Source: an uncultured Armatimonadales bacterium
GTDB lineage: Bacteria > Armatimonadota > Armatimonadia > Armatimonadales > Capsulimonadaceae
NCBI GenBank assembly: GCA_964235675.1
Contig: CAXSEA010000001.1
Span: 1-50,669 of the forward strand
Length of the DNA: 50,669 bases
Direction: 5' to 3'
Shown here: positions 39,654 through 49,408 of the stretch, in pieces
Numbering within the stretch: position 1 is the first letter of the stretch
Layout: each line of letters starts with the position of its first letter
Notes under the pieces: model-generated
Told to the model about the DNA's origin: nothing
What the model saw: the letters and a program-made list of their open reading frames with translations, nothing else
Database searches by the model: none
Position numbers and translations under genes: made by a program

Positions 39654-40517
39654 TTATTCGCGTCGCGGCGGATCGGAGTCCGGGGGTTGATCCACCCGGC
39701 GCAGGCGGATTAAATTGCGGAGCCGCTTTAAGTGCGCGGCGTCGTAGTCGTCCAGGACTCCGGCGGCTTCATAGTGCACGTTCGCGATGCGCTCATGCTC
39801 CTCGTCGGCGTCCGTGGAGAAGATATCGCCGAGCAGCGAACGGTATATGGCATTGTGCGGGGCAATTCGGACGGCCTGGTTCATGGCGGCGGCGGCATCG
39901 GTGGTGTGCTGGCCGAGCATGTAGAGAATACCGAGGCGCATGGTGTAGTAATCGTCGTAGGGCGCGAACATCGTGGCCTGCTGCATCTCGCGAACGGCGT
40001 CGTCGAGGCGCGCGGCGGTGAGGTAGAGGTCGCTGATCCAGAAATGGTAGAAGGCGTCGGACGGCGACAGCTCTACAGCAGCTTCTAGCTCGCTGATCGC
40101 TTCCAGGACGAAACCGCCGTCGGCGAGTGCGTCTCCAAGCTTATAGTGGTAGAAAGCGTTTTTGGGGTCGCATTCGATCGCGGTGCGGTATTCCACGAGC
40201 GCCGCCTGCATCTTGCCGTAGCGCCGGTAGAGCTCGGCCAGCGCGAAGTGCGGCTGGGCGCGGCGCGGGCTTTTGCGGATGGCGCGGCGGTACTCGCGCA
40301 GAGCGATCAGGGATTGATCGGCGTAGACGTGCGCGTCGCCTGAGTCCGCCCGCTTGTCCGCGCCGTTCGGATTCGACGCGGAATGCTCCAAGGCGTGCCG
40401 GTAGGATTGCAGGGCGTTTTCAATTCGCCCGCGCGCCTGGTCCGCTTCGCCGCGTTGTTGCCTGGCCTGCCGCTCGTCCTGATTTTCTTCCTCCGAAGCC
40501 ATTCTGATTCGTTTCAC
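39654..40517 (-). CDS. tetratricopeptide-repeat protein
   Basis: Several 34-residue repeats with the A/Y/L pattern ('AQPHFALAELYRRYGKMQAALVEYRTAIECDPKNAFYHYKLGDAL...'). The start is GTG 40517 or ATG 40502. Confidence 0.8.
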   Translation of the reverse strand: MKRIRMASEEENQDERQARQQRGEADQARGRIENALQSYRHALEHSASNPNGADKRADSGDAHVYADQSLIALREYRRAIRKSPRRAQPHFALAELYRRYGKMQAALVEYRTAIECDPKNAFYHYKLGDALADGGFVLEAISELEAAVELSPSDAFYHFWISDLYLTAARLDDAVREMQQATMFAPYDDYYTMRLGILYMLGQHTTDAAAAMNQAVRIAPHNAIYRSLLGDIFSTDADEEHERIANVHYEAAGVLDDYDAAHLKRLRNLIRLRRVDQPPDSDPPRRE

Positions 40518-40548
40518 TTACCTGGCGCACTGAGTTCGAGGCATGTCT

Positions 40549-41013
40549 TTAGAACAGTTTACCGCTATCGAGCAGAAGCGTCATGGGGCCGTCGTTCTCG
40601 ATTTCCACCAGCATGTCCGCTCCGAAGTCGCCGGTCACCACGCGAAGGGGGTGTCCCGAACCCTGGCGATTGCGCAGCAGCTCCAACAAACACTCGTAGA
40701 GCGGGATCGCCGTTTCCGGCCGCGCGGCCTCCACGAACGAGGGCCTTCTGCCGCGCCGGGCGTCGCCGTAGAGCGTGAACTGGGATACGACAAGGCACTC
40801 CGGCTGTTCCAACTCTTCGAGCGCTTGATTCATTTTGCCTTGCTCGTCCGGAAAAACACGCAGATGGGCAATCTTGTCGGCTATGTAAGCGGCATCGCGC
40901 TCGGTGTCAGCCGGGTGGATGCCGACCAAAACCACCAGGCCGCGACCGATTTCTCTTCGCTCGCCGGCCACTACTACCGCGCCTCGTCTGACTCGCTGGA
41001 CCACGCATCGCAT
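40549..41013 (-). CDS. dtd: D-aminoacyl-tRNA deacylase
   Basis: Contains 'MRCVVQRV', 'VSQFTLYGD.RRGRRPSF' and 'GDFGADM.V...NDGP.T' motifs. The conserved ATG at 41013 is used instead of the longer track ORF. Confidence 0.92.
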   Translation of the reverse strand: MRCVVQRVRRGAVVVAGERREIGRGLVVLVGIHPADTERDAAYIADKIAHLRVFPDEQGKMNQALEELEQPECLVVSQFTLYGDARRGRRPSFVEAARPETAIPLYECLLELLRNRQGSGHPLRVVTGDFGADMLVEIENDGPMTLLLDSGKLF

Positions 41014-41157
41014 ATCGAGAGTAATGTACCCGCGCCACTCGGTTCCTGCTTGCTTCCGGTCCCGGATTAAAGCGCGGGGGTACACTCAATGGAGATTTAC
41101 CCGCATCAATTTTAAGGAAATAAAGGCAGCGACGCCTGCCGGGAGCAAGTGGAAAGT

Positions 41158-42006
41158 ATGTATGACGGAAGAACGCTGACGCTGGGGCACAGCCCCGATT
41201 CCGATGACGCGTTTATGTTTTACGGCCTGGCGAAGTATCTGATCGATACCGAGGGCCTGCAGTTCGAGCATGTGCTCCGCGATATTCAAACGTTGAACGT
41301 CTGGGCGCAGGAAGGCAAGCTGGACACGACGGCGATCTCGCTGCACGCTTACGCTTACGTGCAGGACAAATACGCCCTGCTCGCCCATGGCGCAAGTGTC
41401 GGCGACCAGTACGGCCCGATGATCGTGGCGAAGCAGGGCATGGAGCCGGATACGCTGGTCGGCAAGCGCATCGCGATTCCCGGCAAAATGACCACGGCGT
41501 ATTTATCGCTGATGATTTATATGGACGGTCGGCCGTTCGAGGCGGTGGATACCTATTTTCAGGACATTATGGACGATGTCCTCGCCGGGAAAGTGGACGC
41601 CGGTCTGATAATCCATGAGGGCCAACTGACTTACGCCACGATGGGGCTTTCGCTTGTGGAGGATATGGGGGTCTGGTGGCAGGAGCGCACCGGCACGCCG
41701 CTTCCGCTGGGCGTGAACGCCATTCGGCGCGATTTAGGCGACGAGCTGATGGGCAGCATGTCGCGCGTGATGCGCCGCAGCATCGAGTACAGCCTGCAGC
41801 ACCGGGCGGAGGCGCTGGAGTATGCCATGCAGTACGCCCGCGATCTTCCGGCGGAGACCGCTGACACGTTTGTCGGCATGTACGTGAACGCCTCCACTCT
41901 TGATCTCGGGGAGCGCGGCAAGCGCGGGGTGGAACTGCTGCTGACCGAGGGCGCGGAGCGCAACTTGATTCCGCCGGTTCTCCAACCGGTGACATTTATT
42001 GATTAG
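41158..42006 (+). CDS. MqnA/MqnD/SBP-family protein (futalosine-pathway menaquinone biosynthesis family, MqnD-like)
   Basis: 'LTLGHSPDSDDAFMFYGL' resembles the MqnD N-terminal 'GFSPCPNDTFIFYAL'. Periplasmic-binding-protein-like fold length. The exact activity cannot be assigned. Confidence 0.7.
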   Translation: MYDGRTLTLGHSPDSDDAFMFYGLAKYLIDTEGLQFEHVLRDIQTLNVWAQEGKLDTTAISLHAYAYVQDKYALLAHGASVGDQYGPMIVAKQGMEPDTLVGKRIAIPGKMTTAYLSLMIYMDGRPFEAVDTYFQDIMDDVLAGKVDAGLIIHEGQLTYATMGLSLVEDMGVWWQERTGTPLPLGVNAIRRDLGDELMGSMSRVMRRSIEYSLQHRAEALEYAMQYARDLPAETADTFVGMYVNASTLDLGERGKRGVELLLTEGAERNLIPPVLQPVTFID

Positions 42007-42033
42007 CAGACCAGCGGAGCATAACTGGAAAAA

Positions 42034-42072
42034 CGAAAATGCCGTGGAAGATGGGGTTCCACGGCATTTTCG
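42034..42072. terminator. bidirectional hairpin terminator between the Mqn-family gene and the convergent DUF1003 gene
   Basis: 16-bp stem cgaaaatgccgtggaa / ttccacggcattttcg (42034-42049 / 42057-42072). Confidence 0.7.
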
Positions 42073-42168
42073 TATTTTGGGGTGCGGAGTTTAAGAGCGT
42101 GTTAAGATCAGTGGGCTGGCTTAAGAATGTAAGCGGTGATTATCTTATACCGCTACAGATAGCTCTTG

Positions 42169-42822
42169 TTATTGGGCTGTTTCAGCATCGATTTCGTTCA
42201 GCAGCTCTTCGGCTTCCAGACGGACTTCGATTGCCTCGATGAGGGTTTGAGTGTCGATGCCCTGGGTCATCGCTTCCGCTTCCGGATCGTGCCGGTTGGC
42301 GACGTTGGGAAGATCGCGGCGTAGCTCTTCGATCAGCTCGATGATTTTTGTCAGCTTCTGCTCGTTGAGCAGGTTCACTTGCAAATCGAGTTGGGCGCGT
42401 CGTTCGTTGAGGCGCGCTTGGCGGTTCTGCGTAATCAAAACGATCATTGCGACAAACAGGCCGCACAGAGAAGCCGCGCCGGTCAGCCAGGCAAACGGTG
42501 GGGCGTCTATTGGCGCTTTATGCAACCCTTCGGCGATAAGATTGCCGATGATCCATAAGACGGACGCCGCAGTGATAGCATAAAGAACAGCGGGGCGACC
42601 CACCAGCGCCGTGCCGTTCTCGACATACCGTTGGTGATTGTTGAGATTCCGGTCGGCCCGCTGCTCCATGTCCACAATCGCGTCGATGGTCTCGGCGATT
42701 GGATCGACTCTCACAGGGTTGGCGTTGTTTTGGTTTGTTCGCGGCGGCGCGGAATTAACTTCGGAGGCATTCGGCTCTAAAAGATCTGGTGTGGAAGCTT
42801 CGACTACTGTTGGCATGCTCAT
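42169..42822 (-). CDS. DUF1003-family membrane protein
   Basis: Two TM helices followed by 'ITQNRQARLNERRAQLDLQVNLLNEQKLTKIIELIEEL', characteristic of DUF1003. Confidence 0.65.
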   Translation of the reverse strand: MSMPTVVEASTPDLLEPNASEVNSAPPRTNQNNANPVRVDPIAETIDAIVDMEQRADRNLNNHQRYVENGTALVGRPAVLYAITAASVLWIIGNLIAEGLHKAPIDAPPFAWLTGAASLCGLFVAMIVLITQNRQARLNERRAQLDLQVNLLNEQKLTKIIELIEELRRDLPNVANRHDPEAEAMTQGIDTQTLIEAIEVRLEAEELLNEIDAETAQ

Positions 42823-42901
42823 AATCTACCCACGCGCTATGCCGGTTATGCCGAATGCCTTTGCTCCGGCGTTTAGGGTCACGGAAAAAACGTTTTTAAT
42901 A

Positions 42902-43585
<684 letters not shown>

Positions 43586-43617
43586 CTACTCCTTAGCGCA
43601 CTTGGCGCTGCGCTGTT

Positions 43618-45858
43618 CTACTTGGTGACTTGCTTGACCAGTTTGCTGTCGATAAAAATGCGCACGATGATTCGGTTGCCGAACCCCTGTACCTGCTGAT
43701 CAACGAGGTCACCCCGCGATAGATCCTGGTTGTACGCGACGTTGGTACCGGTGGCGTCTTGAACTTGAATTTGAACGTTGTGCGTGTACGAGGTACCGCG
43801 CGGGACATGGAACTGAACGTGGAACTGGCGTTGCTTGGGCGCGCCCTGGGTCGGAGCGGCAATCGCTTGCGGGGTTGCGTCAGGATCGTCCGGCTGGCTT
43901 GTTTGCGCCCCGTCCGTAGAATCCGATGCAGCGCCGGGAACTGGAAGTACGCCGCCGGGCTGGGCGACTGCCGAGGCTGGCTGCGAGGCCGGCGATTCGC
44001 CGTTGGCATCGACGGCGGTGATCGTATAGATATGCGTTTGCGTGGTGTCCAGGCCTACGTCGGAATATTCGGTTTCGGGAAAGCCCGACTGGATTTTTTT
44101 ACCGTCGCGGTAGATATCGTATGTGGTCGCAATCGGCACTTGATCCCAGGAGAGGTCGATCTCGCCCTCCACGGTGCAGGTTGCGGAAAGATTCGTGGGA
44201 GCAGTCGGAGGGGGAGGGCCTTTGCTGACAGTCAGATTGATGGCTTGATCGCGGGAAACCTTGGAGTTTGCCACAGGCTGCTGCGCCGTGACGATGCCTT
44301 TCGGCACGATGTTATCGTATTCAGCCTCGACGGAGCCGAGCGGAAGACCGGCGTCCTGCAGGACGGCTTCGGCTTTTTCCTGCGTGGTTTGACTCAGGTC
44401 GGGGACGTCGAGAAGGCGCGGCCCGTCGCTGACGAACACGTTGACGTCCTTGCCGCTCTTAATCATGCGTCCCGACTCAGGCGTCTGCTGGTAAATTGCT
44501 CCCTGCGGCCATTGATCGCTGTTGGTGTGGCCTATTTCCATCAATGAAAAATGTTGCTGCGCCGCGAGAGTTTTCGCGTCCGTGTATTGTTTGCCGATCA
44601 ACGGAGGGACAGTGATGTCGGATGGCACATTGTTGACGAGCAGGGCGAAATACACGCAGGCAAACACAATCGCGATAATAGCGAGGCTTCCGAGGATAAT
44701 GCCGATTCCACGGAGCACGGACGACGCGCGTGACCGAGGCGGCTCGTAGTCGTCGTAATCTCCGCCGGGATCTCCGCCCGCGCCGACGGGGTTGCTGATG
44801 CGCGCCGGCGGGATTTGCTGCTGGGTGGATTCCGTTTCAGTGGTTCGTGGCGTGTTTGACATAGGTGGCGAGATATTCTCGGCTTCGATTTGCCGTGGCC
44901 GGGCAGTTTCGCCGGTAAGCGCAGATGGTTGAATCGACTGCGAAGGCAACGGCGGCAACATTGTCGCCTCCGTTGCTGGCGCCGTCTCCGTGAAGGAAGT
45001 CGCGGCTTGCGAGTCCAGCGGAGTCCAATCCAGCGAGCGGCCCAACCGAAGCTCCTCGCGGACGGCCTGCAGATCAGCCAGCATTTCCGCGATACTCGCG
45101 TAGCCGTTGCGCGAGCGGCCCAAGGATGCTTTTTGCGTGATGCCGTTCAAGGCGTTCGGGACGCTTCGCTCCAGGCGCTGCGGCTCTAGGGGCGAGTTGT
45201 ACCGCGCCGGCTGCTTGCCGGTGAGCATCTCGAACAATAATGCCGCGCAAGCGGACAAGCCATCTCCGCCTCCGCGCGACGCCTGCCCGGACGCTCCCGC
45301 TGACCTTGAAACGGCCTTGGCCAATACGAAGTCGGCTACCTTCGCGATGCCGTCCGATGTGATAAATACCTCATCGGCGGTGAGGTTTCCGTGCTCAATG
45401 CCAAATGCTTCCGCTCGAACCAAGGCTTGAGCCACTTCGATGGCTGTGATGACCGCGACCGACAAGCTGAAAGGGGCGACCCGTCGAATGCGCTCATCGA
45501 GGGTAATTCCCTGCGCCCATTCCGAAATGGCGTAAACTCCCGGCTCGAGTCCGGAGTTCTCCGCCGAGCTGTCATCCACGGTGATTAACCCGTAGTGACG
45601 TAGGATGTGCGGGTCGGCCGGCAGCGACGCGTAGATTTGAGAGGCCGCAAATATCTCGTTGGCCGCCGCCGGGGCAACGTCAAGCTGCCGAAGCAAAACA
45701 ACGCGTCCCGCAGTTGTTCCGGAGCCGCCGGCGATGCCTTCCCTGGCTTTGTAGGCGGCCAGCGAGAATGCGCCCAAAGTAAAAGGCGCGCGCGATAATA
45801 GGGTGTACTGTTCTTGCTGCAGAGCGCTCATGTGCTTGCTAAACGCGACGCGCAACAA
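43618..45858 (-). CDS. membrane protein with degenerate Ser/Thr-kinase-like N-terminal domain, one TM helix, two PASTA domains, one FN3 domain and an unassigned C-terminal domain (predicted PASTA pseudokinase)
   Basis: Kinase-fold remnants: 'YAISEWAQGITL', 'IEHGNLTADEVFI', 'KVADFV', 'LLFEMLTGKQP'. TM helix 'GIGIILGSLAIIAIVFACVYFALLV'. PASTA-like 'ITVPPLIGKQYTDAK...VNVFVSDGP' and 'LDVPDLSQTTQEKAEAVLQDAGL...INLTVSKGP'. FN3-like 'PTNLSATCTVEGEIDLSWDQVP.ATTYDIYRDGKK...YTITAVDANGES'. The likely true start is ATG 45831. Confidence 0.8.
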   Translation of the reverse strand: MLRVAFSKHMSALQQEQYTLLSRAPFTLGAFSLAAYKAREGIAGGSGTTAGRVVLLRQLDVAPAAANEIFAASQIYASLPADPHILRHYGLITVDDSSAENSGLEPGVYAISEWAQGITLDERIRRVAPFSLSVAVITAIEVAQALVRAEAFGIEHGNLTADEVFITSDGIAKVADFVLAKAVSRSAGASGQASRGGGDGLSACAALLFEMLTGKQPARYNSPLEPQRLERSVPNALNGITQKASLGRSRNGYASIAEMLADLQAVREELRLGRSLDWTPLDSQAATSFTETAPATEATMLPPLPSQSIQPSALTGETARPRQIEAENISPPMSNTPRTTETESTQQQIPPARISNPVGAGGDPGGDYDDYEPPRSRASSVLRGIGIILGSLAIIAIVFACVYFALLVNNVPSDITVPPLIGKQYTDAKTLAAQQHFSLMEIGHTNSDQWPQGAIYQQTPESGRMIKSGKDVNVFVSDGPRLLDVPDLSQTTQEKAEAVLQDAGLPLGSVEAEYDNIVPKGIVTAQQPVANSKVSRDQAINLTVSKGPPPPTAPTNLSATCTVEGEIDLSWDQVPIATTYDIYRDGKKIQSGFPETEYSDVGLDTTQTHIYTITAVDANGESPASQPASAVAQPGGVLPVPGAASDSTDGAQTSQPDDPDATPQAIAAPTQGAPKQRQFHVQFHVPRGTSYTHNVQIQVQDATGTNVAYNQDLSRGDLVDQQVQGFGNRIIVRIFIDSKLVKQVTK

Positions 45859-45872
45859 CCGGCGGCAAAGCG

Positions 45873-46106
45873 TTATTTCGCCGGCTTACGCGCGGCTTCC
45901 CGGCTCGATAGCCAGCGTAAGATGCTCGCCGCGACAGCGATCATCAGGAAAACGGCGTAGAGCTTTCCGCTCTCAGGCGTGTAGATGCCGACCGCCTGCT
46001 GCGAGACAAATCCGCCGATGTATATCAAGAGCACAAAGAGTGCCCAAACAAGCACAAGCCACTGCATCGTCGCTGCACTCCTCCAAATGAAAAACATCAC
46101 CGGCAA
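45873..46106 (-). CDS. small two-TM membrane protein (hypothetical)
   Basis: 77 aa with two hydrophobic helices and a basic C-terminus. The stop lies 15-40 nt upstream of the pseudokinase start on the same strand. Confidence 0.45.
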   Translation of the reverse strand: MPVMFFIWRSAATMQWLVLVWALFVLLIYIGGFVSQQAVGIYTPESGKLYAVFLMIAVAASILRWLSSREAARKPAK

Positions 46107-46173
46107 AGAATCTTGCTTTTAATCGGCGTAAGAACAGCCCGTACTGCTTCACGCCTTTCATAATAGGGGCAGT

Positions 46174-47337
46174 TTACCCGGTTTTAATCCCCTGTTGCCG
46201 CGAAAGCGCGGCTCGGACAGTGTCCGTGGGAACGGCGTGGCCGGAGGACGCTTTTCCGACGGATTCCAGCAGCACGAACCGCGCGCCGCCTCCAACCGAC
46301 TTTTTGTCTAGGGCCAGCAGCTTGATGACAGCGTCCGCCGGAATGCCCGCATCGGGGGCGATCTCGAAGCCCGCCGTGGCCAGCAGCTCGGTGAGCGCTC
46401 GAGTCGCCGCAGGCGGCGTGACGCCCTGCGCTTCGCCGATCAGGCAAGCCGTGACCATCCCGATTGCGATGGCCTCGCCGTGCCGGTAGCGCGCATAATT
46501 GGTGACCGCTTCCAGAGCATGGCCGACGGTATGGCCGAAGTTGAGAGTGGCCCGCGCTCCGGTAAGCTCGCGCTCGTCCTGCTCGACGATCCGCGCTTTG
46601 ATCTCGCAGGAGCGAGCGATAGCGTCGGCGACAGCGCTCGATTGCAGCGCCAGCATGGGTTTAACTTGCCGCTGCAACATATCGAACAAAGCGGCGTCGG
46701 CGATAGCGCCGTATTTGATTATCTCCGCCATGCCGGAGCGTCGCTCGTCGCTGGAGAGCGTGGCCAGCGTGGCCGGGTCGATTAAAACCAGCTTCGGCTG
46801 ATGGAACGCGCCGATCAGGTTTTTGGCCGCGCCGTAGTTGACGCCTGTTTTCCCGCCGACGCTGCTGTCTACTTGCGACAGCAAAGTGGTCGGGATTTGC
46901 GCGAAGTCTAACCCTCGCTGATAGCTGGACGCCGCAAAGCCCGCGATGTCGCCGACGACGCCGCCGCCAAGCGCGACGACTACCGTTCGCCGGTCCGCCG
47001 CCAAGTCGTAGAGACGAGTATAAATCTGCTCGACGGCAGCCAGCGTTTTATGGTTTTCGCCTTCCGCAAGGGCGACGCCGGCCACTTGAAAGCCCGCCGA
47101 TTCCAGCGATTTTGCGACAATGCTTTCGTACAACGGCTGCACGGCGATATCGGTGACGATCAAGGCGGCGCGTCCGGCGGCACCGTCGCTGCCGCAGCAG
47201 GCGCGGGCAATCAGGCCGCCGGCTTGCGCGAGGATGCCATCGCCGATGACTATGCCGTAGCTTCTTTCGGCGAGATCGACGTGAATCGTGCGCGTCTGCG
47301 CCGGCGAATGAGTGGAGAGTTCGGATGCGAGAGTCAT
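46174..47337 (-). CDS. aroB: 3-dehydroquinate synthase
   Basis: Contains 'ALGGGVVGDIAGFAA', 'QIPTTLLSQVDSSVGGKTGVN' and 'LNFGHTVGHALE' motifs. Confidence 0.95.
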   Translation of the reverse strand: MTLASELSTHSPAQTRTIHVDLAERSYGIVIGDGILAQAGGLIARACCGSDGAAGRAALIVTDIAVQPLYESIVAKSLESAGFQVAGVALAEGENHKTLAAVEQIYTRLYDLAADRRTVVVALGGGVVGDIAGFAASSYQRGLDFAQIPTTLLSQVDSSVGGKTGVNYGAAKNLIGAFHQPKLVLIDPATLATLSSDERRSGMAEIIKYGAIADAALFDMLQRQVKPMLALQSSAVADAIARSCEIKARIVEQDERELTGARATLNFGHTVGHALEAVTNYARYRHGEAIAIGMVTACLIGEAQGVTPPAATRALTELLATAGFEIAPDAGIPADAVIKLLALDKKSVGGGARFVLLESVGKASSGHAVPTDTVRAALSRQQGIKTG

Positions 47338-47339
47338 GA

Positions 47340-47909
47340 CTAATTGTGGGGTCTGCCGAGCTTGGGTAGGCTGCCTCGGACGAGCGCGGCTACCTGCTCG
47401 GGCGTCAGAGTATCGTCGGTCCAGACGATGGAATCGGCAAGCTCCTCATAGATCGGCTCGCGCTCTTCGAGAAGCGATCCGATATGCTCGTCCAAGTGGT
47501 GCGCGTGCGGCTGCAGGACCGGCCTGCGCTCCAGATGCGGACGGCAGCGTCCGGCGATTGTCTCGCGCTTTGCCCGAAGCCAGACGATATGCCCGATGCG
47601 CTTGAGCAGGTCGCGGTTCTCGGGGCGGACGGGCGTCCCGCCGCCGGTGGAGAGAATATAGCGGCGAGGGAATTGGCGCGGCTCGTTGTTGAAGCTGCCG
47701 CGCTCGTCGGCGAGCGTTTCCAACAGGCGCTGCTCTTCGGCGCGGAACGCCGCCTCGCCGTGGATGGTGAATATGTCCGGCACGGAAAGGTCAAAGGCTC
47801 GCCGCAGCTCTTTATCGGTATCGAGGACAGGCGCGTCGAGCTGGCGTCCGAGCTGTCGCCCGACCGTCGATTTGCCGGTGCCCATAAAACCGATCAATAT
47901 TATATTCAT
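47340..47909 (-). CDS. aroK: shikimate kinase
   Basis: Contains 'IILIGFMGTGKSTVGRQL...VLDTD' and 'STGGG' motifs. Confidence 0.93.
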   Translation of the reverse strand: MNIILIGFMGTGKSTVGRQLGRQLDAPVLDTDKELRRAFDLSVPDIFTIHGEAAFRAEEQRLLETLADERGSFNNEPRQFPRRYILSTGGGTPVRPENRDLLKRIGHIVWLRAKRETIAGRCRPHLERRPVLQPHAHHLDEHIGSLLEEREPIYEELADSIVWTDDTLTPEQVAALVRGSLPKLGRPHN

Positions 47910-47945
47910 TGAAATGGACGCCGGCGCGAGTGGTCGATTACCCGC

Positions 47946-49199
47946 TCAACTTGCTGTAGCTGCCGCCGGCGCAGGCTCTAAATCAGGTTGCCGCTCCACG
48001 AGCGCGGCGCGTCGCTTGACCGAGGCCGTATAGGAATCGTAGTTGCGGCGCATTTCCGCCATGCTGTCGCCGCCAAATTTCTCGCACATCGCTTCGGCAA
48101 GGACGATCGCCACCATTGCCTCGCCGACCACTGCCGCCGCAGGCACCGCGCAGACGTCGGAGCGCTCGGCGAAGGCCGGGACGCTCTCCTTGGTCTGAAG
48201 GTTCACCGAGGGCAGCTGTTTCATGAGGGTGGCAATCGGCTTCATGGCGGCTCGAATGACAAGCGGCTCGCCGTTGGTGATGCCGCCCTCGGTGCCACCC
48301 GCATTGTTGGAGCCGCGCGTAAACTGAGCCGCGTCGTCTGAGTCCGCGCCGATGCCGTCGCTATAATAGAACGCGTCATGCACCTGCGAGCCGGGGACAT
48401 CGGCGACGCCGAACCCCATGCCGATTTCGACGCCTTTAATCGCCTGGATGCCCATCAGCGCTTGCGCGAGGCGTCCGTCGATGCGCTTGTCCCAGTGCGA
48501 GTAGGTGCCGAGTCCAACCGGCAGGCCGAGAGCAACCACCTCGAACACGCCGCCGAGGGTGTCGCCGCGATATTTAGCGTCGTCGATGGATTGGATGATG
48601 CGCTCTTCCGAGGCGGGGTCGGCGACGCCAACCTGAGAGGCGGCGGTCAGCTCCGGCAAGCGGCGCAGGTCGATGCCGTCAACGTCCGCGTGGATGCCGC
48701 CGATGTTGACGACGTGCGAGGCGATGGTCACGCCGAATTCGGCGAGAAGAACCCGCGCCACAGCGCCGACGGCAACCTGCGTCGCCGTGTTGCGGGCCGA
48801 GGCGCGCTCCAGCACCGGGCGCAAATCTTCGTGGTTATATTTCATCATGCCGGCGAAATCGGCGTGGCCTGGGCGAGGCACGGTAATCGCGGCGATGGGC
48901 GGCTCCTCACCCGCTTCCAGCGGCTCGATCTGCATTTTGCGGGTCCAGTTGGCCCAGTCGCGGTTGCGGACGACCATAGTCAGGGGATCGCCCATAGTCT
49001 CGCCGAAGCGAACGCCGGACAAGAACTCCACCGTGTCGGATTCGATTTTTTGCCGCGCGCCTCTGCCGTAGCCGCCCTGGCGACGCTTGAGCTGCGCGTT
49101 GACCGGCTCCGCGCTGAGCCTGAGTCCGGCGGGCAAGCCTTCGACAATGGCGGTTAAAGCGGGACCGTGAGATTCACCGGCGGTGAGAAAACGGAACAA
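47946..49199 (-). CDS. aroC: chorismate synthase
   Basis: N-terminus 'FRFLTAGESHGPAL', typical of the family, plus 'RPGHAD' and 'RSDVCAVPAA'. The start is assigned to TTG at 49199; the track ORF to 49361 adds 54 non-conserved residues. Confidence 0.92.
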   Translation of the reverse strand: MFRFLTAGESHGPALTAIVEGLPAGLRLSAEPVNAQLKRRQGGYGRGARQKIESDTVEFLSGVRFGETMGDPLTMVVRNRDWANWTRKMQIEPLEAGEEPPIAAITVPRPGHADFAGMMKYNHEDLRPVLERASARNTATQVAVGAVARVLLAEFGVTIASHVVNIGGIHADVDGIDLRRLPELTAASQVGVADPASEERIIQSIDDAKYRGDTLGGVFEVVALGLPVGLGTYSHWDKRIDGRLAQALMGIQAIKGVEIGMGFGVADVPGSQVHDAFYYSDGIGADSDDAAQFTRGSNNAGGTEGGITNGEPLVIRAAMKPIATLMKQLPSVNLQTKESVPAFAERSDVCAVPAAAVVGEAMVAIVLAEAMCEKFGGDSMAEMRRNYDSYTASVKRRAALVERQPDLEPAPAAATAS

Positions 49200-49244
49200 G
49201 AAATCAGACCTACTTTCGTCAAATGGAAACAAGATGCTTTCATC

Positions 49245-49273
49245 ATTATACAGAATGGCATCCCAGCAGTCTA
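49245..49273 (-). promoter_or_regulatory. candidate sigma70-type promoter for aroC-aroK-aroB (TAGACT-17-TATAAT)
   Basis: On the minus strand, TATAAT is at 49250-49245 and TAGACT at 49273-49268, with a 17-nt spacer. It lies about 45 nt upstream of the proposed TTG start. Confidence 0.35.
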
Positions 49274-49408
49274 TGGCGCGATTGGCTGGCATGGGTACGC
49301 GTGCTAATCTGCCTGCAGCGCTTTTGGGGACGGAGCAGCAATTTATCCTCCGGCACAGCAAGGCACAGCCGCCGGAACGGTTCCGATTCCTGCGGTATTA
49401 TTCAGATT

